From Pseudomonadota bacterium (GTDB lineage Bacteria > Pseudomonadota > Alphaproteobacteria > UBA9219 > RGZA01), in the NCBI GenBank assembly GCA_048498415.1, contig JBEHYA010000002.1, positions 1 to 58,103 on the forward strand: a stretch of 58,103 bases of DNA, in the 5' to 3' direction. Under the pieces are notes generated by a model. That model did no database searches and was not told the DNA's origin. It saw only the letters and a program-made list of their open reading frames with translations. The position numbers and the translations under genes are program-made. Of the stretch, positions 21,614 to 29,246 are shown in pieces; the stretch's first letter is position 1; each line of letters begins with the position of its first letter.

Positions 21614-22143
21614 TGGACATCAGATGAACCCGTATGGCCATCCCAGCCGGCGGCGGCGGGAATGGTCACATTGCTGTTGCCCAATTGGTCGACCAGCGGC
21701 TGTTCATAGCCAATCGGTTTGGCCAGCATGCGGGTGGAGGGGCGCGGCGCAGGCGTTGCATCGGCAACTTGAGCGGTGGCCGGTGCTTCGGTGAGCGCGG
21801 CGGGCACTTCGGTGCGGTAGGCAACCTTCACGGCCATGTCGTTCAGCGAAGCAATTTGTTTAGCGGATGTGCCGGTCTGGAAGCCCAGATACGTTTTCGC
21901 GCGGGCGGCGAGTTTTTGCGGGTTGTTCAGGTAGGCCCATTCAGCTTTCAAAACGCGGGCGCCTTCTTGCTCGGCAACAATCTGGGTTTTGAGCGAAGCC
22001 AGTTCTTTTTCCTGCTCCTGCACCTTGGCGCTGACGCCATAGAGAAGGGCGGATGCCGGGATGAGCATGCAGGCCCAGAACAACAGGGTTCCTAGGGACT
22101 GGCGGCGGCGGGTGTGGGGGTAAGTCGACATCATCAACCTCAC
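21610..22143 (-). CDS. ftsL: Cell division protein FtsL-like (TM + coiled coil)
   Basis: 177 aa with one TM (LLFWACMLIPASALLYGV) followed by a coiled-coil-like segment (QEQEKELASLKTQIVAEQEG). It sits between rsmH and ftsI. The track start is a GTG at 22143. ATG alternatives lie at 22134 and 22131. Confidence 0.75.
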   Translation of the reverse strand: MRLMMSTYPHTRRRQSLGTLLFWACMLIPASALLYGVSAKVQEQEKELASLKTQIVAEQEGARVLKAEWAYLNNPQKLAARAKTYLGFQTGTSAKQIASLNDMAVKVAYRTEVPAALTEAPATAQVADATPAPRPSTRMLAKPIGYEQPLVDQLGNSNVTIPAAAGWDGHTGSSDVQ

Positions 22144-23111
22144 TTTCTACGGGGGCTTGGATTCACGCCAAGAGATTCCTTCGGGGAATCCGTGGCAATT
22201 TCAGAAAAGATTCGTTCAGCGGCACGCAGCTTGGCGGAACTGGCGCGGGGGTTGGCCTGCAGCTCGGCTTCGCCGGCCTCAATTGGCTTGGGTGTCAGAA
22301 TCCGGAAAGCGGGGGATTCGGTGTTGGTATTAGCGGGCGCATGGCGCGAGCCCATGGGCGCTTTGCCGCCGCGGGTCTTCATGAAATTCTTGACCATGCG
22401 GTCTTCCAGCGAGTGGAAGGAGACCACGACCAGACGGCCGCCGTGCTTCAGCATTTTTTCCGCCGCCTGCAGGCCTTTTTCCAACTCGCCCAGTTCATCG
22501 TTCACGGCAATGCGCAGGCCCTGAAACGTGCGGGTGGCGGGGTGAATGCCATCGCGCGAAGCCGGCACCACACTGCGCACAATATCGGCAAGCTGCGTTG
22601 TGCGGGTGATGGGGGCTTGCAGGCGCGCCGCCACAATCGCGCGGGCCACGCGGCGGGAGAGGCGTTCTTCGCCATAATTGAAAATGATATCGGCGAGTTC
22701 CGTTTCGCTTAAACGGTTCACGAGATCGGCGGCGCTTGTTCCATCCTGGCCCATGCGCATATCAAGGGGGCCATCATGACGGAAGGAGAAGCCACGTTCC
22801 GCTTCATCCAGCTGCGGGGAAGAGACGCCGAGATCCAGCGCCACGCCATCCACATTCTCAATGCCGTGCTGATCCATGTTGCTGAAACAATCTTGGATCA
22901 GCGTCAGCTTGTCTTTGTATTCGGCTTTCAGCGCGGCGCCGCTGGCAATTGCTGCGCCATCGCGGTCGAACGCAAACACGATGCCGCCTTTGGCCAAAAT
23001 CGCGCGGGTGTAGCCGCCGCGGCCAAAGGTGCCATCGATATAAACCCCGTTTTTATTGGGGTTTAACCATTCTATCGTCTCGTTAAGCAGCACCGATTGA
23101 TGGGAGGTCAC
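22140..23111 (-). CDS. rsmH: 16S rRNA (cytosine1402-N4)-methyltransferase RsmH
   Basis: 323 aa. HQSVLLNETIEWL, DGTFGRGGYTRAIL, DLGVSSPQLD, SFHSLEDRMVK. GTG start at 23111, overlapping the mraZ stop. Confidence 0.95.
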   Translation of the reverse strand: MTSHQSVLLNETIEWLNPNKNGVYIDGTFGRGGYTRAILAKGGIVFAFDRDGAAIASGAALKAEYKDKLTLIQDCFSNMDQHGIENVDGVALDLGVSSPQLDEAERGFSFRHDGPLDMRMGQDGTSAADLVNRLSETELADIIFNYGEERLSRRVARAIVAARLQAPITRTTQLADIVRSVVPASRDGIHPATRTFQGLRIAVNDELGELEKGLQAAEKMLKHGGRLVVVSFHSLEDRMVKNFMKTRGGKAPMGSRHAPANTNTESPAFRILTPKPIEAGEAELQANPRASSAKLRAAERIFSEIATDSPKESLGVNPSPRRK

Positions 23112-23593
23112 GCTTGCCCCCCATCAATCATGCTGGAGGCATCGGCAATAATTTTGCTGAGTGAAATATTGTGCGCGCGGGCACCATCACGCGCGCGCGC
23201 TTCATACGCGCTGAACGTGGCTGGCTTCCAGATTTGAAACGTGCGGCGGCGGCCGACGAACGCGGCTTCATCTTCAATGCCCAAGGCTTCACTGAAATGG
23301 GAGGGCAGAATAATACGGCCATCGCCATCAATGGGGCAGGAGACGGAGCCGCCAAAAATCGTGGTCTCCACCAGCTCATAAATTTCGGGCGCAAGGTTCA
23401 GGCGTTCCAGCGACTGGCTGAGAATTTCAAGGTGGCGCAGGCTGCAGCCTTCCAGCGCATCATGTTGCAGCGAACGGAAGAGGACGAGATCGGTGGAGCC
23501 TTCTTCCACAATCACCGCGCGAAAGGCGGCAGGCACGCTCACGCGGCCTTTTTTATCCACCTTATTGACGCTGGATGAGAGGAAGAGAGACAT
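23108..23593 (-). CDS. mraZ: Transcriptional regulator MraZ
   Basis: I trimmed the track ORF to the ATG at 23593 (MSLFLSSSVNKVDKKGRVSVPAAFR). Two SpoVT/AbrB-like halves are visible (DKKGRVSVP and DGDGRIILP). First gene of the dcw cluster. Confidence 0.92.
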   Translation of the reverse strand: MSLFLSSSVNKVDKKGRVSVPAAFRAVIVEEGSTDLVLFRSLQHDALEGCSLRHLEILSQSLERLNLAPEIYELVETTIFGGSVSCPIDGDGRIILPSHFSEALGIEDEAAFVGRRRTFQIWKPATFSAYEARARDGARAHNISLSKIIADASSMIDGGQA

Positions 23594-23680
23594 AAGGCGT
23601 CCGTAATAAATACTTATCAACAGGGTAAAAACTTGATATCCTTCGGGAATTCGATTTGGCGAGGGGCCATCCGGAATCTC

Positions 23681-23716
23681 ATGGGATAATATGGTATATC
23701 ATGGGTTTATCTGGAT
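23681..23716. promoter_or_regulatory. 10-bp-periodic TGGGN-like direct repeats (candidate MraZ operator)
   Basis: aTGGGAtaat aTGGTAtatc aTGGGTttat cTGGATcagc. Four in-phase repeats start at 23682, 23692, 23702 and 23712, 90-125 nt upstream of the mraZ ATG. A fifth, CGGGA at 23723, is 1 nt out of phase. Confidence 0.5.
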
Positions 23717-23792
23717 CAGCAACGGGAATCTGACCCTAAAGCCGGCATAAGCGCATGATTCTGCAAGAGAATTTGTTCTCTAAATGTTCTCG

Positions 23793-23820
23793 TTGTACTT
23801 TTGGTACATAATTTTATAAC
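23793..23820 (+). promoter_or_regulatory. Possible sigma70-type promoter for the orphan island gene
   Basis: TTGTAC (23793-23798), a 16-nt spacer, then TATAAC (23815-23820), 50 nt upstream of the ATG at 23870. It is preceded by the palindrome AGAGAAtttgTTCTCT (23766-23781). Sequence match only. Confidence 0.25.
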
Positions 23821-23869
23821 CTCGTCGTAACAATTTATATTTTAATAAGCCAACCAAGTGAGCAGACAA

Positions 23870-24790
23870 ATGTCTAACGGTTCAGAATTTGATTATAACA
23901 TTGGATATTATGGCTATGATCGGCCTGATTACGTAAGTGGCAAGACATCGCTTGGACGTAATGCCGGTATGGAGGCACGGGACCGTGATGCACAAAAGGC
24001 TGCCCCCACTTATTCTTCAAGCGGTTATTCAGGAGAAGGGTTAGGCGCTTTATCTGGTGGATGCTCCTCGGTGATTAGCATAACGGTTGTTAGCGGGCTG
24101 GTGATAGGTTTTATCACATTGGTATGGAATGATTTTATTGGTCCGGCATTCTTAAATTCATTTTCTGACGCACATGATGAAATTACCAAGAGCAATATTG
24201 CCACTATTTCCAAATCTTTCTCACCCGAGGAACAGGCACATTTACAAAAATATGTAATCGTTAGAGATTTTATCAAATCAAAAATTGATACTGCTATTGC
24301 TGAAAACAATGTTTGCGATCAAACAATAGCGCGATTGATGCTTAGCAGAGATTGTTCCGTATCATTTTATCCTAAATATGAGACCGCTGTTGAAAATGAC
24401 GACGGTATTTTGAAAAATAAACAGCATAAGGCTGTTTATGTATATAAATTCAAAGGAAAAGCCGGAGATCAATTTACTTTTGCGCCGGGCTATAATCCGG
24501 CACTTGCCACGAATGTGCGATTTAATGTCGATATGGTCTTTTATCCCCAGAAAGACGCAGAAAGGAAAAAAATAGATGTGATAGCAAGCGATATTTTCAA
24601 AGCACTTAACATGTCTGCGGAGACTTTGGAGGGATTATCCAGTCTGGAAATTGCTGGCGCTTTAGAAAAATATAGTAAGGAAATAGAAGGGAATCTCTGG
24701 GAGTGTTCGGCCAGTATGCCTACCAAACCGAATGGCACTTACCATGTGCATTGTTATACGGATATTTCTTACAATAAATATCAATCATAA
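23870..24790 (+). CDS. Hypothetical single-pass membrane protein (orphan, AT-rich gene)
   Basis: 306 aa from the ATG at 23870 (the track uses the GTG at 23858). The N-terminus is Y/G/S-rich, with one TM (VISITVVSGLVIGFITLVW) and an extracytoplasmic domain of about 215 aa with 4 Cys. I recognise no family. Sample lines give 25-40% GC versus 55-62% in flanking core genes. Confidence 0.6.
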   Translation: MSNGSEFDYNIGYYGYDRPDYVSGKTSLGRNAGMEARDRDAQKAAPTYSSSGYSGEGLGALSGGCSSVISITVVSGLVIGFITLVWNDFIGPAFLNSFSDAHDEITKSNIATISKSFSPEEQAHLQKYVIVRDFIKSKIDTAIAENNVCDQTIARLMLSRDCSVSFYPKYETAVENDDGILKNKQHKAVYVYKFKGKAGDQFTFAPGYNPALATNVRFNVDMVFYPQKDAERKKIDVIASDIFKALNMSAETLEGLSSLEIAGALEKYSKEIEGNLWECSASMPTKPNGTYHVHCYTDISYNKYQS

Positions 24791-24796
24791 TTAAAA

Positions 24797-24845
24797 ATCT
24801 GACTGCTTAGATGTTACTGTAAATACCGTCAGTTGCTTTTTTTCT
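24797..24845 (+). terminator. Weak candidate terminator after the orphan island gene
   Basis: ATCTGAC ... GTCAGTT short stem with a long loop, followed by TTGCTTTTTTTTC. Weak structure. Confidence 0.25.
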
Positions 24846-25135
24846 TGTCCACCCAAAAAATATTCTTACCAGAGGTAGCCGAGGAAGAAACTGCCCATAA
24901 TGTATAGAGGTGGCGGTTCAAATAGCATAGTTGTGCCGTAGGCTTTTTATCAAACTGGTTGCTTATATAAAAAAACCAGAGTGGATTTAAAATCCAAATT
25001 TTGCAAACAAACTATGAATTATATGGTTAAATCAAGTTACATGACGCAAACATTTCTTGTTCATATTACTGCTTATATCTAGATTACAACCTTATTGCGA
25101 TGAGCATATTTTATGAATTTTGATGCGGAACAACT

Positions 25136-25993
25136 ATGCGCGCACCCAACACACAGATTGGTTATCAGGGTCGGGAAGGCTCGTTTACGTACCAAGCCTT
25201 GCAGGAATATCTAAAAGATTCCGAGCAGTCCGGGCGCGTGGTTGGGTTCAACACCTTTGATGACGTGGTGCGGGCGTTCAATCAGGAACAACGCCTCACG
25301 GAAATGTTTCTGGGCACAGAAAATAACAACAGCGGCGTTGTGCAGGCGATGGCGCTGCTGGCGCCCGACATGCAGGGCTGCATCGTCGGTGAACATTTTC
25401 TGCACGTAAAGCAGTGCCTGCTGGTACAGCAGAGCATGGTCCGTAGTGACATCAAGGAAGTGATCAGCCAACGTCCGGCGCTCGATCAATGCCGTGCCCA
25501 TATTGCGGAAGCCGGCTGGCGAACCCGTGACTTTCCCGATACGGCGCTCGCGGCCGAGCATGTGAGCCATTCCCCGCGCAGGGATCAGGCCGCCATTGCA
25601 TCGCCGGTGGCAGGCGAAAAATATGGCCTAAAAAATCTCGGCAACATCGCCGACAATACCACCAATTACACGCGCTTTTTGCACATCGTGCCGATGAGCC
25701 GGTATAGCGATTTTCTGCCTTCCTATGATCCGGATAAAAAATTTCGCACCACCGTGATCATCGATGGCCCTTTATTGAAGCCCGCTAATCTGGGGATTAT
25801 TGCCGAGCATGCGTTGGAGATGACGCGCTGTGAACGGCTGCCATCCGGGAGTTTTGGACTTAACCGCTTTCTGGTTGATTTTGCCGCGCACATACAGGCC
25901 GAACCTTATCGCCGCAGTGCTAAACGGCTCAGCGAAGCCGGCGTGACCATGCGTTCCATCGGCTGCTACGCCGCCAAGGCGCAACCGGCGTAA
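25136..25993 (+). CDS. Prephenate dehydratase-like protein (divergent PDT + ACT-like tail)
   Basis: 285 aa. IGYQGREGSFTYQA, ENNNSGVV, SQRPALDQC (compare SHPQAL.QC), DTALAAEHV, AAIASPVAGEKYGL, NYTRF. The ACT-like C-terminus has CERLP where ESRP is usual, plus NRFLVDFAAH. Confidence 0.7.
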   Translation: MRAPNTQIGYQGREGSFTYQALQEYLKDSEQSGRVVGFNTFDDVVRAFNQEQRLTEMFLGTENNNSGVVQAMALLAPDMQGCIVGEHFLHVKQCLLVQQSMVRSDIKEVISQRPALDQCRAHIAEAGWRTRDFPDTALAAEHVSHSPRRDQAAIASPVAGEKYGLKNLGNIADNTTNYTRFLHIVPMSRYSDFLPSYDPDKKFRTTVIIDGPLLKPANLGIIAEHALEMTRCERLPSGSFGLNRFLVDFAAHIQAEPYRRSAKRLSEAGVTMRSIGCYAAKAQPA

Positions 25994-26004
25994 GGAAATA
26001 GCCC

Positions 26005-27270
26005 ATGGCGCTCGAAGGCATCGAATTTGTTGATTATGTTTTCGACCGCTACGTCTATCTGGGCCTGACCCCGGACGCCACGGAAGAAGAAATCGCTAAA
26101 ATTATCAAAATCCGCAAGGCGCAGAACCACCCGGATGCGGTGGCGCGGCTGGATGAGGAATTAAAAAAAGCGGCGGCGGCAAAATGGGAAATGATCGAAA
26201 AATGTGAGGCCGTTCTTCTCACGCCCGAAATCCGCGCGGCCTATGATGCGCGTTTGGATGAGTTCAAAAAGAACCGGCCAGACCGCGTGATGGACCATGA
26301 CGCGCATTTCGTTTTTCTCGATCCCAGTGGCGTGAAGGTGGATGTTGATTTTTTGCTCGGTACCGGCACGCTTGATCTAAAGGAAAAGCGCGAACAGGAA
26401 AAAATGCTCAGCGGGTTTGATGAAAAGGCCTTCGACCGCGCGAAGCGATTTTACGATAAAGACCCCGCGGATGCCGATAGCATCGCCATGTACCGCGAAG
26501 CGTTGTATCAAAAGCTGGCTTACCTTGAAGCGATGGATAAGGCGCAATGGGCCGCTGCCGGCATTCTGGGCGAGGGCGGCGAAGCTTCGCGCGAGGAATT
26601 AATGGATGCCGGGTTGCTGCAGAAAAGAATTCAGCAACGCATTGCAGAGGTGAAAGACGAATTCATCCCGCAATCCATCACACATCAGGTAACAATGGGC
26701 CTGTTGGGCTATGACAAAAACCCCATGCTTTTGCTCACCCAGCAGGGCGCATCCGCAGATATCGCGGCTGTGCGGGATGACAGTATTCTGCAATCCAAGA
26801 TCGATATTGCGCAAAGACGTTTTGCCGAATTAAGCGGCGCCATTGATGCCGCGACAGCGGAGCGTGCGGCTGTGCTGGAGGCCATTATTGATTTAGCGCC
26901 GCATGCCTTTTTGCATAAAAACACCCCCGCGGCGGCCAACATTTTTCTTGTGCATGGGGAAGAGGGGCTGGAACACAGCGTCGTGATGGTGCCGGTGCAT
27001 GTGACGCGTGGCGATAACGGCATTTTGAAAATGAAAGCGCTTGGCGAATATACCGGCCTTACCTTTGCTGAGCTTCAGGCGCGGGATTATTCGGATACCA
27101 CGCTTGCCGTGCTGATAGATGCCCAGCTGGTCGCGCCGCACCTGCAAATTGGCCATGCGTTCAAGCTGGTGGGCAAGGCGTTTGGCGAAGTGTATGCACG
27201 CAAGCTGGAAGCTGATCGGCCGCTGGATGAAGCCGAAGCGGGTACCTCATCCACCCCCACGCTTGGCTGA
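26005..27270 (+). CDS. J-domain protein with uncharacterised ~330-aa C-terminal region
   Basis: 421 aa. The N-terminal J domain has an intact HPD (YVYLGLTPDATEEEIAKIIKIRKAQNHPDAV...LLTPEIRAAYDARL). I could not assign the rest. It starts 11 nt after the PDT-like stop, with AAGGA 8 nt upstream. Confidence 0.7.
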   Translation: MALEGIEFVDYVFDRYVYLGLTPDATEEEIAKIIKIRKAQNHPDAVARLDEELKKAAAAKWEMIEKCEAVLLTPEIRAAYDARLDEFKKNRPDRVMDHDAHFVFLDPSGVKVDVDFLLGTGTLDLKEKREQEKMLSGFDEKAFDRAKRFYDKDPADADSIAMYREALYQKLAYLEAMDKAQWAAAGILGEGGEASREELMDAGLLQKRIQQRIAEVKDEFIPQSITHQVTMGLLGYDKNPMLLLTQQGASADIAAVRDDSILQSKIDIAQRRFAELSGAIDAATAERAAVLEAIIDLAPHAFLHKNTPAAANIFLVHGEEGLEHSVVMVPVHVTRGDNGILKMKALGEYTGLTFAELQARDYSDTTLAVLIDAQLVAPHLQIGHAFKLVGKAFGEVYARKLEADRPLDEAEAGTSSTPTLG

Positions 27271-27801
27271 TTATTTCTTCGCGGGATCCGGCCCGAAATC
27301 ATTGGTACCGCGGTAGCCGGGCACGAAGCTGCAGATAATGATCTGCGCAAGGAAGACGAGCAAAATCAACCCATCAAAGCTTTTAAGCAGGGGCGGCTTG
27401 AGCGTGCCCTGCATACAGGGCGTATTGGCCAGATTGCCTACGGTTTCCATGGTGATCTCGCCCATGCTTTGGAAGGTGGCGATGCAGGCGCGGTCTTCCA
27501 TGAAATAATCGGCAAGGCTATCGGCGCAGGCGAGCGCCATCAGCGTGCCGATGATGATTTGCAGCATGATCAAGCTGACTTGCCCCGGCTTGGCAATATC
27601 CTGAATGCGTTTGGAGGTGATGATGTAATTCACATACGCCAGCGCGATTTCAGCGGCAACGAATAACGGCACAAATGTGAATGAGCCGATGGCGGAAGCA
27701 AGCATGAGGAGGAGGCTCATGCCAATTCCCAGCGTCCAGAACTCCGCGCGCGTCATGCGGCCTTCTTGGGTCAGATAAAGATCACGAAGCGAAGTGCGCA
27801 T
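27271..27801 (-). CDS. DUF805-like inner membrane protein
   Basis: 176 aa from the ATG at 27801 (the track uses the TTG at 27810). GRMTRAEFW near the N-terminus, several TM helices, and a C-terminal GTNDFGPDP, matching the DUF805/YhaH-like pattern as I remember it. Confidence 0.55.
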   Translation of the reverse strand: MRTSLRDLYLTQEGRMTRAEFWTLGIGMSLLLMLASAIGSFTFVPLFVAAEIALAYVNYIITSKRIQDIAKPGQVSLIMLQIIIGTLMALACADSLADYFMEDRACIATFQSMGEITMETVGNLANTPCMQGTLKPPLLKSFDGLILLVFLAQIIICSFVPGYRGTNDFGPDPAKK

Positions 27802-27810
27802 AACAATCAA

Positions 27811-28623
27811 TCAATTTTTTTCATGTTCGCCCGCCACGATTGCAGAAAGGCCATACGGCGCAACCGCATCAGCGCCGGGCTTGAAATCACCATAGGTTTT
27901 GCCGGGGTTAAACGTAATGCTGCCTAAAAGCGCCTGCGCATCCGCTTTATCTTTGGCTAATTTTTTGCTTGATGTTGGAAGGCCGAATTCGATGATCCCA
28001 TTGCGGCCAAGCGCCACCATGTCATAGCTGACCTGCGGCATAACTTCGCCTTTTACGCCATGTTCCTGCGCGCTCAATGCGTAAACAAGGGAGTGGCGCA
28101 TGGCATCATAGGCTGGTTTTTCGACCCACCCTGTGACCTCCATTTGGGATACGCCTTGCGCTGCGCGGTTTTTATTTTCGGTTTCTGTATTTTGTGCGAT
28201 CGCTTTCAACAATGTATCGGCATTCCAGGTTTTTGCATCATCATCCCGCACATACCCCAGCTTGTAAAAATCGACAGGCAAATACCAATCCAGTGGACGA
28301 CCTTTGGGCGTAATGATGCCAACGAGATTTTTATCATCCTGATTGCCAAGCGCCTTCAAAACCGCGATCGCCTGCGGGCTGGTGATGAAGTAAAAGCCGG
28401 CAGGCAGGTTCAATGTGGCTTCGTCGCCCAGTTTGACGGCGGCGGGGCCCTGCGTGGCCGATTGTAATGCGGCGCGATAAATATCGAGGACTTTTCTGGA
28501 TTCCGGCGACATCGTATCGCCTGAGGGCAGCCCTTCGATCGCGATATTATTTTGCGCATAAGCCGGAGCCACGGCGAAAAGCATAAAAATAAAAACGAAA
28601 ATGACACTGTAAAATTTTTTCAT
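27811..28623 (-). CDS. DUF2167-like secreted/membrane-associated protein
   Basis: 270 aa from the ATG at 28623 (MKKFYSVIFVFIFMLFAVAPAYA signal peptide). GPAAVKLGDEATLNLPAGFYFI, GYVRDDDA, NKNRAAQG, VTGWVEKPAYD and LGRNG resemble the DUF2167 family pattern. The 31 upstream codons in the track ORF look spurious. Confidence 0.55.
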   Translation of the reverse strand: MKKFYSVIFVFIFMLFAVAPAYAQNNIAIEGLPSGDTMSPESRKVLDIYRAALQSATQGPAAVKLGDEATLNLPAGFYFITSPQAIAVLKALGNQDDKNLVGIITPKGRPLDWYLPVDFYKLGYVRDDDAKTWNADTLLKAIAQNTETENKNRAAQGVSQMEVTGWVEKPAYDAMRHSLVYALSAQEHGVKGEVMPQVSYDMVALGRNGIIEFGLPTSSKKLAKDKADAQALLGSITFNPGKTYGDFKPGADAVAPYGLSAIVAGEHEKN

Positions 28624-28719
28624 GGCGGCTCCGGACGGATGGGAAGGCGAGGGAGGCATTCTATGCCCCGATGAATGCGTTGCCCAGAGCGGTGGCGATT
28701 TGATTCTTGCAGGCAAGAA

Positions 28720-29069
28720 AAAATACCAGATGGCCTGTAAGCCGGGTTTTGTCCTTTCTTGCGAAAGGGATGGTTATTCATCTGGGATGATAATTGCTTA
28801 TCACCTCTAGCAACCAACCCGAACGGCGATGCACAATCAGCATATAGCCATTCCTATTTGGTCTTGCTCCGGGTGGGGTTTGCCATCGCCGTGACTGTCA
28901 CCAGTCACGCGGTGCGCTCTTACCGCACCTTTGCACCGGGCGGTACGCTTTCTGTTGCACTTTCCCTGGGGTCGCCCCCGCTGGCCGTTAGCCAGCACCC
29001 TGATCGTGTGGAGCCCGGACTTTCCTCCACGTGTTTTCACGCAGCAACCATCCGGCCATCTGGTATTCC
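28720..29069 (-). ncRNA. rnpB: RNase P RNA (bacterial type A)
   Basis: The minus strand reads AAUACCAGAUGGCC...GGAGGAAAGUCCGGGCUCCA...GGUGCGGUAAGAGCGCACC...GGCAAACCCCACCCGGAGCAAGACCAAAUAGG...CCAGAUGAAUAAC...ACAAAACCCGGCUUACAGGCCAUCUGGUAUU. The universally conserved blocks are present. P1 forms between 29054-29067 and 28722-28735. Confidence 0.93.
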
Positions 29070-29246
29070 GGTTAATATACACGAAAACACGCAAGTTTTA
29101 CGGCATTTTTATACGTTGCACATATGCCACAAGGCGAAACGAGTCTGGTGTTAACCACGATTTTTCCCAAAAAATCCTATGGGTTGCAGGGGCTTAATGG
29201 TACCTGTTGATGAGTATTTTTTAGTGTCCAATCAGTGGGGGCCGGT

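Noticed and set aside
23553-23561. DnaA-box-like TTATCCACC
   Set aside because: It is a single 8/9 match inside the mraZ coding sequence, with no cluster and no origin context.
24912-24923. GGCGGTTCAAAT, resembling a tRNA T-loop, inside the AT-rich spacer (possible att/tRNA remnant)
   Set aside because: The flanks do not form a T stem or any other tRNA arm. I found no matching direct repeat at the other end of the AT-rich block.
25100-25123. 7-codon uORF MSIFYEF (2 Phe + 1 Tyr) ending 12 nt before the PDT-like start, reminiscent of a pheA attenuation leader
   Set aside because: It is too short. I see no terminator/antiterminator hairpins between it and the start codon, and the aromatic codons could easily arise by chance in AT-rich DNA.
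28759-29154. 131-aa (+) and 85-aa (-) ORFs at 28759-29154 and 28837-29094
   Set aside because: They lie entirely within the RNase P RNA gene, and the conserved rnpB blocks explain the sequence.
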